Source: Azolla caroliniana (lineage: Eukaryota > Plantae > Polypodiophyta). From it: DNA of 64,000 bases. The stretch lies in assembly GCA_043228905.1 (NCBI GenBank), contig JBHGNT010000010.1, positions 7,502,001 through 7,566,000 of the forward strand, given 5' to 3'. The notes under the pieces were generated by a model. That model saw nothing but the letters and a program-made list of their open reading frames with translations, made no database searches and was not told the DNA's origin. Positions within the stretch are counted from its first letter, which is position 1, and every line of letters begins with the position of its first letter. Both the position numbers and the translations under genes were made by a program. Positions 51,481 through 64,000 of the stretch are shown here, piece after piece.

Positions 51481-52085
51481 GCTTCTACTTCCAGAGCACT
51501 TCAGGAGAATGAATATATGGTGGTATAGGAGAGGGCATCCCCAAGATTGTCCGTTAATGGAAACACGGTAAACTGTTATTCTTGAAATATTTTCATCGAT
51601 CATGAGATGGACACAAACCCCCCCCCCCCCCCCCCATCTTGCATCAAAATCCATTCATATGATCATGATTCATGCTTTCAAATAGAGGAAATCATTTTGC
51701 TTATATGATATATAATCTTACCGCCAGTATGGTTTTCTTTCACCTGAGTCATTCATGGGCGATTTGCTATATACTACAAAGGAACAATGATGAATCCAAT
51801 CGAATCAAATCATTCAAACAAATCCATTGGTTTAGAATTTTACTGACAGTATGGTTTTCTTTTACCTGAGTCATTCATGGGCGATTTGCTATATATGTAC
51901 TACAAAGGGCTTAAGATGAATCGAATCAAATCATTCAATGAAATCCATTGGTTAATAACCATTATTTATATAATGGCAATGTGTATGTGTGTCTGTGTCT
52001 GTTTTTGTAGGGAAGTGATGATGGAGATAATGGTGGACAACAGTTAGAAAGAAGGAAAGAAGGAAAGAGAAAGAGAGATTAAGGG

Positions 52086-55000
52086 ATGGAATTCAAGTGT
52101 TGCACCTCAGCCTTGAGAACTACTCTTTTCAGCAATCCTCCTCCTCATCCCTCTGTGTGTGTCTCCTTCTGGAACTCACAAATAATAAGTAAGCACCCTA
52201 TACCTTACCCTCTTTGTGTTTTTTTTGGTTTTCTTGTCAGGTTCCTGTTACACTGCCCTTTTGCATGCCTGTCAATCTAGTGCTTTCCACCTTGTCACTG
52301 TCTGCCTCTTCCCTTTTCTATAAAAACCACATATACTCATGTTTCCCTGACATAGGTCCTTGCTCTTCTCTTCCTTCCATAGTGCTCTTAGGTACAAGAT
52401 CATGTGTGACTAACCTTATTGACAATCTCCAGACTCATGTCTTCAAATATTACATTTTTGCACCCAATCCTAGCCATCACTTGTATTGGATGATGTCATG
52501 ACTCATGTAGTCCAACCTTGAAATACAAATTATGACAAAATATTTGGGCTGTAACAATAGAGAATAAAAGTTGTGCCAGGTAGGAGTTAGGCTGCTAACT
52601 TTCACGACTGGAATGTCTACTGTCATTGGTCATTTTGCATTTTGTGAAGTTTAGGAGAAGATGTTCAAACTTCCATTCTGTCTTTTACAAATGCCTCATG
52701 AGGTTTTATCCCTTTTGTTAGCATCCAAATGTGAATAGATATTTCCCCTCAAGGCTTGAACCAACATTAGAAGAAGCCAGACAATGAATATATGGATAAT
52801 GTACTCCAAGTTTCGTCATTTCCGTGAACATTATGATTGCATTCAAATATATGTTATTAGGCTCTTGCTAAAAAAAGATAATTCAATGAAATAAATACCC
52901 CTATTGTTTCATGAAATTCTAAGAATACCCCTCATTGTTTTCGAAACTCTTCTCGAGTGAGAAGGGACTTTATGAGGACAAGTTAATCCTATAATGGTCA
53001 TCTCCATAGCCAACTATTGTTTTTGTTATTGCTGCTAGTAAGGTCAACGGTATTGATATGTTTCAAGCAAATGTATGCATAGTCGACCATAATTAAGCAT
53101 GGTCAAGCCTTTGCATGACGTTGACATGATCTAATGGCTCAATGACTCTGGCTCACTGCATCAAAGATGTTTTGCTTTCTGAACTCACCACCCTGTCAAG
53201 AAAAATCAGAATGACCGGTTATACTGGCACTTGATCACATGATGGAAGTAAAGATGATTCTCAAGACTTTCATCAATGCTCTAGAGAACCAAATCAACCC
53301 CTCAAAAGCACTCGCTACTGAGTTGGTAGTGGAAATGAATTCAACATTAAACATGCGAGCCTGCACTGTAATTACTGATGTCATCACTAAGTAACGACTT
53401 GATAGTTGGAAAACATCCCCTGGTGAACGAGCTCATCCTTTGGTGGCAATTGCAAACATGAAAGCGAAGTACTCAAGAAAATGCAAGAACTCGACAAAAT
53501 TACATGGAAAATTAAGTGTTTTACTGTAGTCATCAAGCTATTATACAAGAGTTGTAGTTTTGGTTATTTTTCCCTTCTTCTTGTACCCCTATTCATCTCA
53601 TGATATTAGGATAGCGATTTGATAGTTGGAAAACATCCCCTGGTGAACGAGCTCATCCCTTGGTGGCAACTGCAAACATGAAAGCGAAGTACTCAAGAAA
53701 ATGCAAGAACTCGACAAAATTACATGGAAAATAAATGTTTTTCTGTAGACACCAAGCTATTATACAAGAGTTGTAGTTTTGGTTATTTTTCCCTTCTTCT
53801 TGTACCCCTATTCATCTCATGATATTAGGATAGCGGTTACATAGTTCATGTTCTCTTTGGCCCCTAAGTTTCTACATGTTTAGTTTGGTCCCATGGATTT
53901 AGTCTATCTCTTTCTCCAATAATCCTCAAATGTAGGGAGATAGATCCCATAGAATAAGTCAAGCCTGTCTCGCCATGGAGCAACAAGAAAATCTGGATAA
54001 TCTATCTATTTTGCAGTTCATTCAGTGGTTTCCTGGGAGAATTATGGGAATTTTGAAAAATGACCTCAATTTTCGAAAATATTAAAAATATAGAAGGCGT
54101 CTTTTGGGAATTTTGTGCAACATGAGGTCTATTTTAATAATTTTTAGGCTTAAAAGAACTTACTAGCATGAAACCTACATGACAGGTGGGTTGAATTTAC
54201 AAGAAAGGGAAGACTTAAAGAAGGTGATTGACAAGATAGGTTTACTCTCTGCAAAGGCCCAATATTTACGTAGGCCAGTTACAGATTATGAGCGGTTAAA
54301 ACTTTATGGAAGCACACAGCGCCTCTATATTTGCACATCGTTGCCCTCATCATCTTCATCTTCTTCCTCATTCTCATCATCAATGTCACCTTTTGTAGTT
54401 GTGAAAGGGATTTTAAAAGTAGGGGTGAAGAATCTCTTTATAGCAAGGCCCAATGGATGCATGCACGAGATGTCACCACTTTGTGTGCTCGATTTCTACA
54501 TCCATCATGCTTATCAAAGGTGAAATTTACTCTTCACGACAATCTAATTATGTTTTAAAAAACTGTAACTACAAAATATTAGGGAAGTATAAAAAAAGGT
54601 GCACATTCTATAAGGACTGCATATCAGTCTACCCTCATAATTATAGATGATACTAGCCAAGATTTTGCCCCTCACCGTTCACTTAACTTGCTATGAAATT
54701 TAGGGATGAATAGTTTTATTAACTCCAACAATACTAAAGGGCACCGTAAAATAAGTAAACAATTGCGGAAAATTTAACTGAGGGGCATAATATGTTGATA
54801 TTATTGAAGCTGATGTACACGTATGACAACACTGATGTGTGCAATAGGCCTTGGGAATCATTTTAATACATGTATGAAGAATTATAGAGGTTAAGGTTAA
54901 TATATAATTCAAGGAGCCTTACTTGCGTTTAGGGTATGCACATCCATGGGGACATTCAGTTTGTATTGGATGGTTGGGAGGCTAATCATGTCATATTCAC

Positions 55001-58000
55001 TGTTGCATACAATATGGGAGAGTCAGAGTGGCCCCTCTAATGATAAAGCCATATAATAATTCGGGCCTCAATCATTATCCCCTTCATGTACTATGTATGA
55101 CATACATGGTTCAATTTAAATACCGCTGGGTGAAATACAACTCTTTCACATGGAGTGGTGAATTAATAGTTGGTTATCGAGGATAGAACTGTTGGTATAT
55201 TGTGATTGTGATGTGTAAACAAACACACTTAGGATAGTGAGGGCGTTTTACCTCTTTAGGAGTTTTTAACCCCAAAAGTATAACCCTTATGGTTAAGGCA
55301 CCCTGGTACTGTCTTTTTGAAAAAAGTATACTTTCCTAAATTTGGTATATTGTGATTGTCACGTGTAAACAAACACACTTAGGATAGCAAGGGCGTTTTA
55401 CCTCTTTAGGGGTTTTGTAACCCCAAAAGTATAACTCTTATGGTTAGTTCTCTTCCTTTCTGAAAACGATATATACTCTTCTATTTTCAGCCGTTTTCTA
55501 CCACCTGTGAGTTTCTCTAGTGACATAATTTAACAGTTGGTATTAGAGCAGGTCTTCTTTAGGTGATCATAAGCATTCTTTTGTTTTTCTTATTTAGAGA
55601 TTATGCAACATTCTGTGTTACATCAAAACAATGCAACCGGTTCAATCCAGTGACAAGTCTGGATGCAGTCAATTCTACTACTGAGCTACTCATCTTGTCA
55701 TCTGGTACAAGTATAGCAGCACTCCATTGTATATTTCTGACCCTCTCTTGAAACATAGTGTTTTTCGAATCAAGTTACTTGATCACTTGGTCACTTGCAG
55801 TGGCTGAGAACAATGATGTATTCCGGATGCTGGTTGTTGAGGATTAATTGGATGCATCAAACTATCAATTTTGGGTTTATATGATGGGCATGTATTGGTT
55901 GTGAAAGGCTTTTGGAATATTATGTAGGGCATTGAAATATGTTCTCCAACACCTCCAAATATAATTAAAACAGGTGATATAGGTAGTGTTGAAGATGACA
56001 ATCTTCAACTTCCTGGTCTTGCTGCAGTTCCTATTGCACATATTTCGTAACCGATTTGTTAGGATGGCAGAGATGCAGAAGAACATGCATTGATAGGTTG
56101 TCCATTGATCATGCTATTATTTCTCACATTTGCTCATGCAGAAGCGCACAAAAAGCTAGGGATATTCTTACCACATTGTATCAACCAAGAAATGAGGCTC
56201 ATGTTTCTTGACTTTAGAAAGCTTTTCCTATTGCACATATTTGCAAAGAAGATTTGCTGGGATGGCAGAGATGCACAAGCACATGAATTGATAGTGTTGT
56301 CTATCAAACATGCATATTTGCTGATGCAAAAGTGCAAGAAATGCTTGGGATACTCGTACCACATTATGTCAAGCAAGAAATGAAGCTCGTGCTGCTTACA
56401 TTTCGAAACAGTTAGGGAGCTACTTTTGATACTGATTTCTACCAGCATGCTTTGGACGCTTAATTTATTTATGTTTAAATAGACCTGATATTCAATTTTC
56501 TGTCTCTCAGATGAGTAAATTTGTGCACATCCCATCTTACCCATTGGAAAACAGTTAAGAGGACCTTTCGTTATTTGAAAGGTACTCATTATCTTGGTTG
56601 TTTTATCCCCAGGGGGAACATTACCGCTAGATTTACATGCTTTCTCTGACTCAGATCAGGCTGGTTGCTATGACAATTGTGTGTCCACCAGTGGTTTTGC
56701 TTCATGATTGGGGTCGCCCATTCTTATCTTGGTTGAACAAGCAGCCTACTGTGGCCACTTCAGTTGTGAGGCTTATGTAGTTTAGCTTAACAGCTACTGT
56801 CTTTTGGCTGATTTGGGTGTACAGTCCTGCTATCACCATCTTTACTGACAATCAGAGTGCATTGGCAGTTGTGAGGAACTGTGTTCCATGATTGCGCAAA
56901 ACACATTGATGTGCACTATTGTTATGTTAGGGAAAAACGCTGCTGGAGAAATGAGTTTGGCTTATGTGCCCACACAGAATAATGTTGTCGACCTTTTGAC
57001 AATGGCTCCACCCATGGAGAAGTTTGAAGCTTTTCACAAACCTTTGGGATTACTACCTTTCATGGATTAATTTCACTCCAGATAGCTTGGCACTTTCTAT
57101 ATATGAGTGCCAGCTCCATGTTCACGGCATCACTCTCATAGGCCATTTTAGCCTCTTAAAAGACGTTAATATATCTTTCTTTCTTTCTTTCTCAGGGGGG
57201 TATTTGTTGAAATATTATGATGGTGATGTGTGAATTTTTTTGGATAGCTAGGCTTGTTCACCTCTTTTGGAGTTTTTATCCTAGCCCAAAAGTATAACTC
57301 TTACAGTTCGGAACTGAGGTGATCTTTGATCTTCCTTTTTAAAAATCAATTAATACCCTCTTATTTTGAGCCATTTCTGCCGCATGTGGGCTTCAGCGAT
57401 AGAATCCAACAATAACTATCATCTGACAAAAAAATCCATGGTTTCTTTCATTTGCATTCGAGTTGAGAAGGCACATTGTGTATAAGCAATTTTGCGACAT
57501 TCTCATAGACCTACATAATTCATTGTATTGTATAGGAATGGACTTGGTCGATTTCTATTTGAATGGATGCTAACACAAGAAAAACTCGGTGCTCATCAAA
57601 TGGGGTAAGGGTTCATCCACAATCTATTACATTCACAAACATCTTTATCTTATTCTGAAATAAATGGTTTATTTGTAACATAAGTCAATTGTGTTTATTT
57701 CCTGGAACTATTACATTCTGTGCTATGAGTAATGATCATAAAAATCACATTTAGATAGAGGAACAATATTCTCCAAAAATGTCCTTCAAATATTGTCTTT
57801 TGCATTCAGTTGCCACAGTAAGTTACTGGTTCTCATATTAAAATTCCTTTGTTTTCACTATCATTTTTGTAACCAACAAAGTTTTATTTAACACATTTTT
57901 CCTTTCATAAAATATTTTGTGACAATTATCCCTTCCATATAACATCTATGAGCATTCTCAGTTGTAGTTGTTGTCACTTAAATAATAATGTCTAATATCC

Positions 58001-60072
58001 TTCAATTTGTTTTAGAAGTTACTTCTGCTAACATTGTTAAACAATAACAGTACCACTCTCATAAGTAAACAGAACATACAAAAAACAAGCTTATCGTTGT
58101 TAGTAGTGCATTATATTAAATATGGCTAAACCTCAAAGTGTGGTGAAAACCACAGTATATATAACATCTGAGGGTAGAAACATTAGAAAAAGGCATGAAC
58201 ATGTTGCTCAATGTCTTGGGAGACATAACAAACATAAAGGGGTTTCCACATTGAAAACCTGAATAGCTACTGTGGATCTAAAGCATTTTTTCTGGAATTC
58301 CTCCATTGTTATTAATTCATTTTTTTCACCAACAATGACTTTCTGTAGGCCAAAACCCATTACAAATTATACCAAGCCATGGTCTGGGGTTCAATTCCCA
58401 CACACACTCTTTAGCTCCTAGATTTATACAATGCAACAAGAAATTGGAAACAAATCTGAGCCCTGAAGCCATGTTTCATTACTTAATTGAGAGATATGGG
58501 TATGATTTAAATAAGATGTTTAATCTCCGTGCAATGGGAATCTGATGCATCCCAAGGTCGTTTGTGACATCATACATTGATATTGCCATGGTCTTTATAT
58601 ATTTATGTTTTATGACTTTATAGAGAGTCAAGTTTTATGTACTAAGAGATTCACCTTCTTGATGACTTTAAACAACATTCTTTTAGTTTTCAACTCAAAA
58701 TTTTATGTCTGAGATTAATGCATAAAATAGCAACCATTTGCATCTGGGAGTCTAATGACCCAAATAATGAGACGAAGAATGCAAGAAAGAGAATATATGT
58801 CCTTACCCCCCAATCTTCTCATTATTATATCACATTCTGTGTATAATCTAGTAATACGTTGACCCCATAGCATAACTTGCATACAAAATTGTGTTGCCTA
58901 GAGCTTACATGCATTGTAACCAAAATCCATCAAAGCCAAAAAACTTTCCCATTTGCCTTGTCTTTAGCAACCTGAGTGTATTCAATAACCATCAGTTTAC
59001 TTGTAAGTTATTGAATGAAAATTAATTTAGAAAACATGATTGTCTGAAAATGTTTGGTAAGTCTTGTATCTCAGTCAGGTGCTATAAATTCCAATGAATG
59101 ATGTTTACAAGATTTTTACCTAGATTCTAACATACGATCCTTGCTGAAACTACATCCAAACAAGTAGTCTCTTAGTACTTGAGTGATAGTAACCGTTTTG
59201 ATGATAACCTTGAGCGCGATTTCACTACATGATCGTCACAGCCAAATACCCACTATGTCATGTCTTTATTATAGAATTCAAAATCTTTTGCTTCCTTATT
59301 ATGGGCCAGGAGATTTCTTTGCATCTCATTGCCTTACACCATCTCCTTGATGCTGTAAGTCACTTTCATAAGTCACATAATAGACAGTTTACTTTTATTT
59401 TAGAGCTCAATGTGCTCTTCACTTTTGTACTTCTGCTTATGTCTATAATTTGGCATTGGCAATTCTCCTTGATGAATTTTGATGAATAACAACTTCCATT
59501 GTTTGGCATTTTCCGTTTGTTTAGTCATGTAAGGCCTGACATGGAGAGGGTAAGAGTATAGTTCTGATGTCATTGCCTCAATTGAAGTTACATCAAAATT
59601 TATTGGCACATATACTTTTATTAGGTGCATTAAAGTCTCTTTGTATTGTTAACGCATCATAACGAACTTGTAAACCCCTATTCTTAAGTTGTTGAGTGAA
59701 TTGAAATGATTTTTGGGAAATTATATTATGTCATATGTCCAGTCTTACGATTATCTAAATTTTATTGCAGTTATGATAAACCCTCTAATAAACTTCTCTG
59801 CTTTTTGGAGAAACACTATGGATTGAAGAAATATTTTCCTCAGGTAAGGACTTATGTTGATCTCAAAATTATAAAGCTACATATAATTCGTATGAACTCT
59901 TAGTTTGAAACTATAGGCAAATCAATTTGTAGTCTATGATAAGTACTTTGAGGATCCCCCAATGAACAAGTCATGTAGTGATGATATTGAATGTACAAGC
60001 AACCCAAACACACATAAGCTTCATGGAAGAACAATTTGGAGAACTCAAGTGAGATCAAATTGCCTTCGATAA
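52086..60072 (+). CDS. ATAT1: Alpha-tubulin N-acetyltransferase 1 (MEC-17 family), 5 exons, ~244 aa
   Basis: Exons 52086-52188, 54186-54519, 57536-57604, 59771-59843 and 59917-60072, GT-AG and phase-consistent. Start MEF; motifs IDKIGLLSAKAQYL..PVT, GILKVGVKNLF, LCVLDFYIH..QRNGLG..LFEWML, YDKPSNKLL.FL.KHYGL...PQANQFVVY. Confidence 0.92.
53397..53835. repeat. ~220-bp tandem duplication in ATAT1 intron 1
   Basis: tgatagttggaaaacatcccctggtgaacg...gatattaggatagcg occurs twice, nearly identical. Confidence 0.9.
55190..57411 (+). mobile_element. Internally deleted Copia element in ATAT1 intron 2
   Basis: 5' LTR from 55190 (internally duplicated), PBS tggtattagagc ~55538, decayed RNase H (FSDSD, IFTDNQSA, YVPTQNNVVDLLT), PPT agggggg ~57194, 3' LTR 57205-57411. 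Flanks agaac/ataac. Confidence 0.75.
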
Positions 60073-61559
60073 CTACTTTGGGGATCCCCCAATTAATAAT
60101 GAGTCACGAAGTGATGGCATTCGATGTACAAGCAACACAAACACCCATAAGCTTAATGGGAGAACGGGAGGGAGATGAAGTTGCTACTAGTGCCAAGCTA
60201 AATAAAGAGGAGCTAAAAAAATATTTATTGTCGTGATGTATGCAACATTACCTTTTGTGATGTTTCAAAAATATTTACCATATTGTGTTATGCTAAATGT
60301 TGTCTCTCATATTAGAGGCAAATTTTTTGTGTACAATGTACCATTGTAGATATGATAACACCATGTAGAATGGACAATTTGTAGAAAAGTGTTCGATATT
60401 TATCCAAGATATTGCATGCTAGAATATAATATGAAAGCATTGTGTTTATTCATCATTGTACAAGTATCCCCCAAATTGAAACGGAATTGTACAAGCAACT
60501 AATACAAACTCATGGTGTCACGTTAAAGCTTTCGTGCATTGAAACCATAAGTAAGGTTATGGACTTGTGTTTTAGGTAATAGTTTGATATTGCATTCACT
60601 AACTACATTCTTCATATTTTTAGTTTGATGCTCTTGGACAAATGACTTCTCACACCCCATAGTTAACTCAGAATGATAGTGTTGCCATGCTCAATTGGTG
60701 CCCTAGAACCACAACATTTTTGGAGACCACTTGATCAAGATGATGACGTGTCTTTGCCATTGCTAAATATCCAACTCCAACTTGCTCACAATCATGCATC
60801 ATTGAGGGCATTCAACTTTTCATTGCAAGTCTCGGTGGGACACTTTAGTTTGATGCTTCATGTGTAATTGGGCTAACGCATGTAAATGTGTTGTCTTAGC
60901 ATGCTAGCACCTGTATAATGCACCTCATTTAGAGGTGAGAGGAATTGAAGTTAACAAAGAGGATTTTTATCGTATAAGAATGAATTTTCACTACACTTGT
61001 CACCTTCTTTGAGCTCTATTCAATTTCCATTGTACTATTTGATTTTCTTTGTGTCAAAAAACCTTGATGTCTCCAGCCTAATGAATTGGTATTCCAATAA
61101 GCTAACTACTCCGCATTCCTCCTCTTCACCACCAAACATTGTTTATACACTTTTGAAATCCCCCTCTTGACATTTGGGTGAACTCAAGAAATGACGGTGT
61201 ATGGGGGGGGTGTACATGGGAGGTCTTTTGAGAGTGAAGGAGTGGAAATAGTTCTTATGGATTGACACTTGACTTGGGGGAAACAATATGAGGAAGGTGG
61301 ACTCTACTAAAGTGCTAACTACTTCCATTTGTTTGGTAGTTTGTTGAGATGCTACATCAAAAGGATCTGAAGGGCTCATAAGACATGGAAGAGAGGGAAG
61401 TTGGAAAACTAGAAGATAGTGAGGACATGACTTTGATATATATATATATATATATATAAATGGTATGTATAAATGCTTACCAGCTATCACAATCATGTTT
61501 CTTCTCAATTTTTGAAGGTGCTTCTTCACAATGCTATATTGGATGGATGGGTGGATTAT

Positions 61560-62530
61560 CAAAGGGTTGAAACAAATCACTTTTCGAATGCATATGCTTT
61601 TGGCACCGGTTTCTCAAGCCATCTAGAGTGTCTTAATGGACCAAGATGTTGGCATAAAAGGCCGACTCTTTCCAAATTGTATCCAAGTGTGAACACGTTC
61701 TTAAGTTTGGGCTATAATCCCAATTGTAACATTGTAAATAGAGAGAGAGAGGTCAAGAGTTACAGAAGAGAATAATATAAGTCTACGTTAGAGCTTCAAT
61801 TGAGCTTCTTGTTCATCTTGCTTAGATCTTTCTATGCTGTTTGCTGTACACATCTTATTGTAGGCCCTCATCATCCATTGCTCACCATCATATCCACAAC
61901 AATTGGTATTAGAGGGAGCTTGTTGTTCGGCGGCAACGAATAACAGAAAGCTATGAAAAGAAGCCTAACAGTTGAAAGAAAAAGACTAAGCCAACAACAT
62001 CTACTTCCAAAACACTGGCGACACATTCCAACACTAGTGTGGAAATCCAAAAGTTTGACAAAAAGAACTTTGCCTTGTGGAAGGAAATGATGCAAGATGT
62101 GCTGATAAATCGACGACAAATAAAAGCCATACGACATAGTGCTCGACATGCTTCAATGTCAACCAAGGAGTGGAGATCCATGAACGAAATTGCCAAATCC
62201 ACTATTAGAATGCACTTGGCTGAAAGCGTTTATTGTAGCCTGGCAAAGGAGACATTTGCATTCTCTTTGTGGGAGAACCTTTAGGCTGTGTTTGAGAAAA
62301 AGTCCTCATTGAAGCTCATACGGATTTGATACCTATTCAACATGAAGATGAGAGAGATGGATTCGGCGACCTCCCACATCAACACCTTCAACCGGGTGTT
62401 GTCTGAGCTCTCCTCCCAAGGGATTAACTTCGAAGAAGCTGTTAAAGCCCTTGCCCACCTTTCATGCTTGATGGCAAGTTGGGAGGTATTCTGCCCGACA
62501 TTCCCCAACAACTATCCAACTCAATTTGGA
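61560..62530 (+). mobile_element. Copia remnant (LTR-like region, PBS, gag fragment)
   Basis: tggtattagag PBS-like site at ~61904; gag EIQKFDKKNFALWKEMMQDVL...STIRMHLAESV. Left boundary approximate. Confidence 0.7.
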
Positions 62531-62799
62531 TGAAACAATCAGACAAGTTCTCATTGAGGATATTCGGAAATCGATGGGCCTCACCATCGATATCCGATGG
62601 TGAGGCCCGCCACTCGACCGAGCCAGCCGGGAGAGTCGCCCAAAGCATTAGGATGTGTAGCTTCCTTTAACATAATCCGTAGCCCCGAGCATCCAATTGT
62701 CCTCGAATTGCCATGGTTTGAGCTACATAACCCAAGAATCGATTCGAGGAGGTGAGAAATTGGGTGCCCTTGAACGGAAAACATAGTTACTAAGGATCG

Positions 62800-64000
62800 T
62801 GTTGGGAATTCAGTCCCTCCGGATGGGATCTGGATACCGGATCGAATGGATCCGGAAGGTATCTAGATGGATCCGGTATGAACATATTTGTAAATATGTT
62901 TCTGATGTGCCTGTCATGGAAATATTTGTAAATATTTGGAAATATTTGTAAATAGTCCTAAAGTCATATACGTATAAATATGACTTAGGGCAATCACTTT
63001 GTGTAGGAGAGTTGTTGGTTGTTGTCATTATTATTGTATAGAGTGTAGAGAGATAGAGAGAGAGATACAGAAAGTATTTTTTGTTATAACCGTTGGTTGG
63101 CGAAGGTATAGAGCTCGAGGTTGTTGCCTCTAAGTCTCTCATTGTAACCTTTTTCTTCTCATAGTGACAGTTGGAGTTTGTGGGCTCCCGTGGTTTTTTC
63201 CCTATTAGGGTTTTCCACGTAAACATCTAGTGTTGTCTCATACTGTGTAAGTGCATTAATTGTATTACTATTTTTTGCTTTCTTCCATTAAGTGATTGAG
63301 ACTTGGTTGTGGTCGAGCACTATTCCGCACAAACTGGTATCGGAGCAAAGGTTCTAAAACTTGAAGAAAATGGAAGAGTCATTCGGAAGCATGTTCAAGC
63401 TCACCGACTCCAACTACCCAGTGTGGAAGTCAAAGATGAAGGACATGCTCATGGTCAAAGATCTCTGGTTGCCGGTATAGTTCGGGGATAAGAAACCGGA
63501 CAAGATCGATGTCATGACGTGGGAGGTGATGCACATGAAGACGACGACTTACATCCGGTGCTTCATCGACATGAGCCTGTACAACAACTTTAATGAAGAA
63601 AGCAAGGCTCATGTGCTCTGGGAGAAAATCAGCACCATGCTGGAGAGTAAAAACGCTGTAAATTGGGTTTTGGTATTCCGGAAGTTAGTGAGACTCCGGT
63701 ACCAAGACGGATCCAGCATGGCGGAGCACATGAATGGATTCCAAGGGCTCATAAATCAAACAACCTCACTTGAAGTACCTCTAGTCAATGAGGTACTTGC
63801 GTTGCTCCTACTCGGTTCCCTCTTGAATAGTTGGGAGACGCTAGTTGTCACTTTGGGCAACACCGGGCCGGAAGGAAAACAATTGTCCTAGTAAGGGTAA
63901 AATCAAGCTTGTTGGATGAAGAAGCTCGACGGAAGGACCGGGAGTCCAAAACCGATCCGAAGGCCTTGGTTATGGAAGACGACCATAACCGGGGAAGAGG
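62800..64000 (+). mobile_element. Ty1/Copia element: 5' LTR (62800-63331), tRNA-Met PBS (63335-63346), gag; runs off the window
   Basis: TG...CA LTR, TGGTATCGGAGC, gag from ~63370 (MFKLTDSNYPVWKSKMKDML...TYIRCFID...LLLGSL) with premature stops. Confidence 0.9.

Noticed and set aside
60560-61400. Possible LINE remnant downstream of ATAT1
   Set aside because: Too degraded to identify convincing motifs by eye.
62530-62790. Gypsy protease-like fragment (PIVLELPWFELHNPRID)
   Set aside because: Short isolated remnant between Copia pieces; boundaries not definable.

Overview
Eukaryotic plant genomic DNA, most likely from a seed-free lineage such as a fern (inferred from an ATAT1 gene and Tcn1-like chromoviruses). 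Three intron-containing host genes sit among nested LTR retrotransposons: a 12-exon coiled-coil gene with a plastid-type transit peptide (minus, 19835-28069), an At1g10780-like F-box/LRR gene (plus, 30532-32222) and alpha-tubulin N-acetyltransferase ATAT1/MEC-17 (plus, 52086-60072). Bases 1-18.5 kb are a nest: a decayed Copia interrupted by a full-length non-chromoviral Ty3/Gypsy (1750-11420) and by a second Copia. Further right are a deleted chromovirus with a Tf1-type self-priming signature (37485-41070), a GC-rich tRNA-Trp-primed Gypsy with a 4-bp TSD (43757-50629), and more Copia remnants. The most unusual signals are: (1) a tRNA-Arg-like PBS in reverse orientation where the polypurine tract of the 1750-11420 element should be; (2) a decayed tandem array of at least 8 tRNA-Phe(GAA) copies split by TE insertions; (3) the self-priming chromovirus. 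All family assignments rest on motif recognition and recall, not on database searches.
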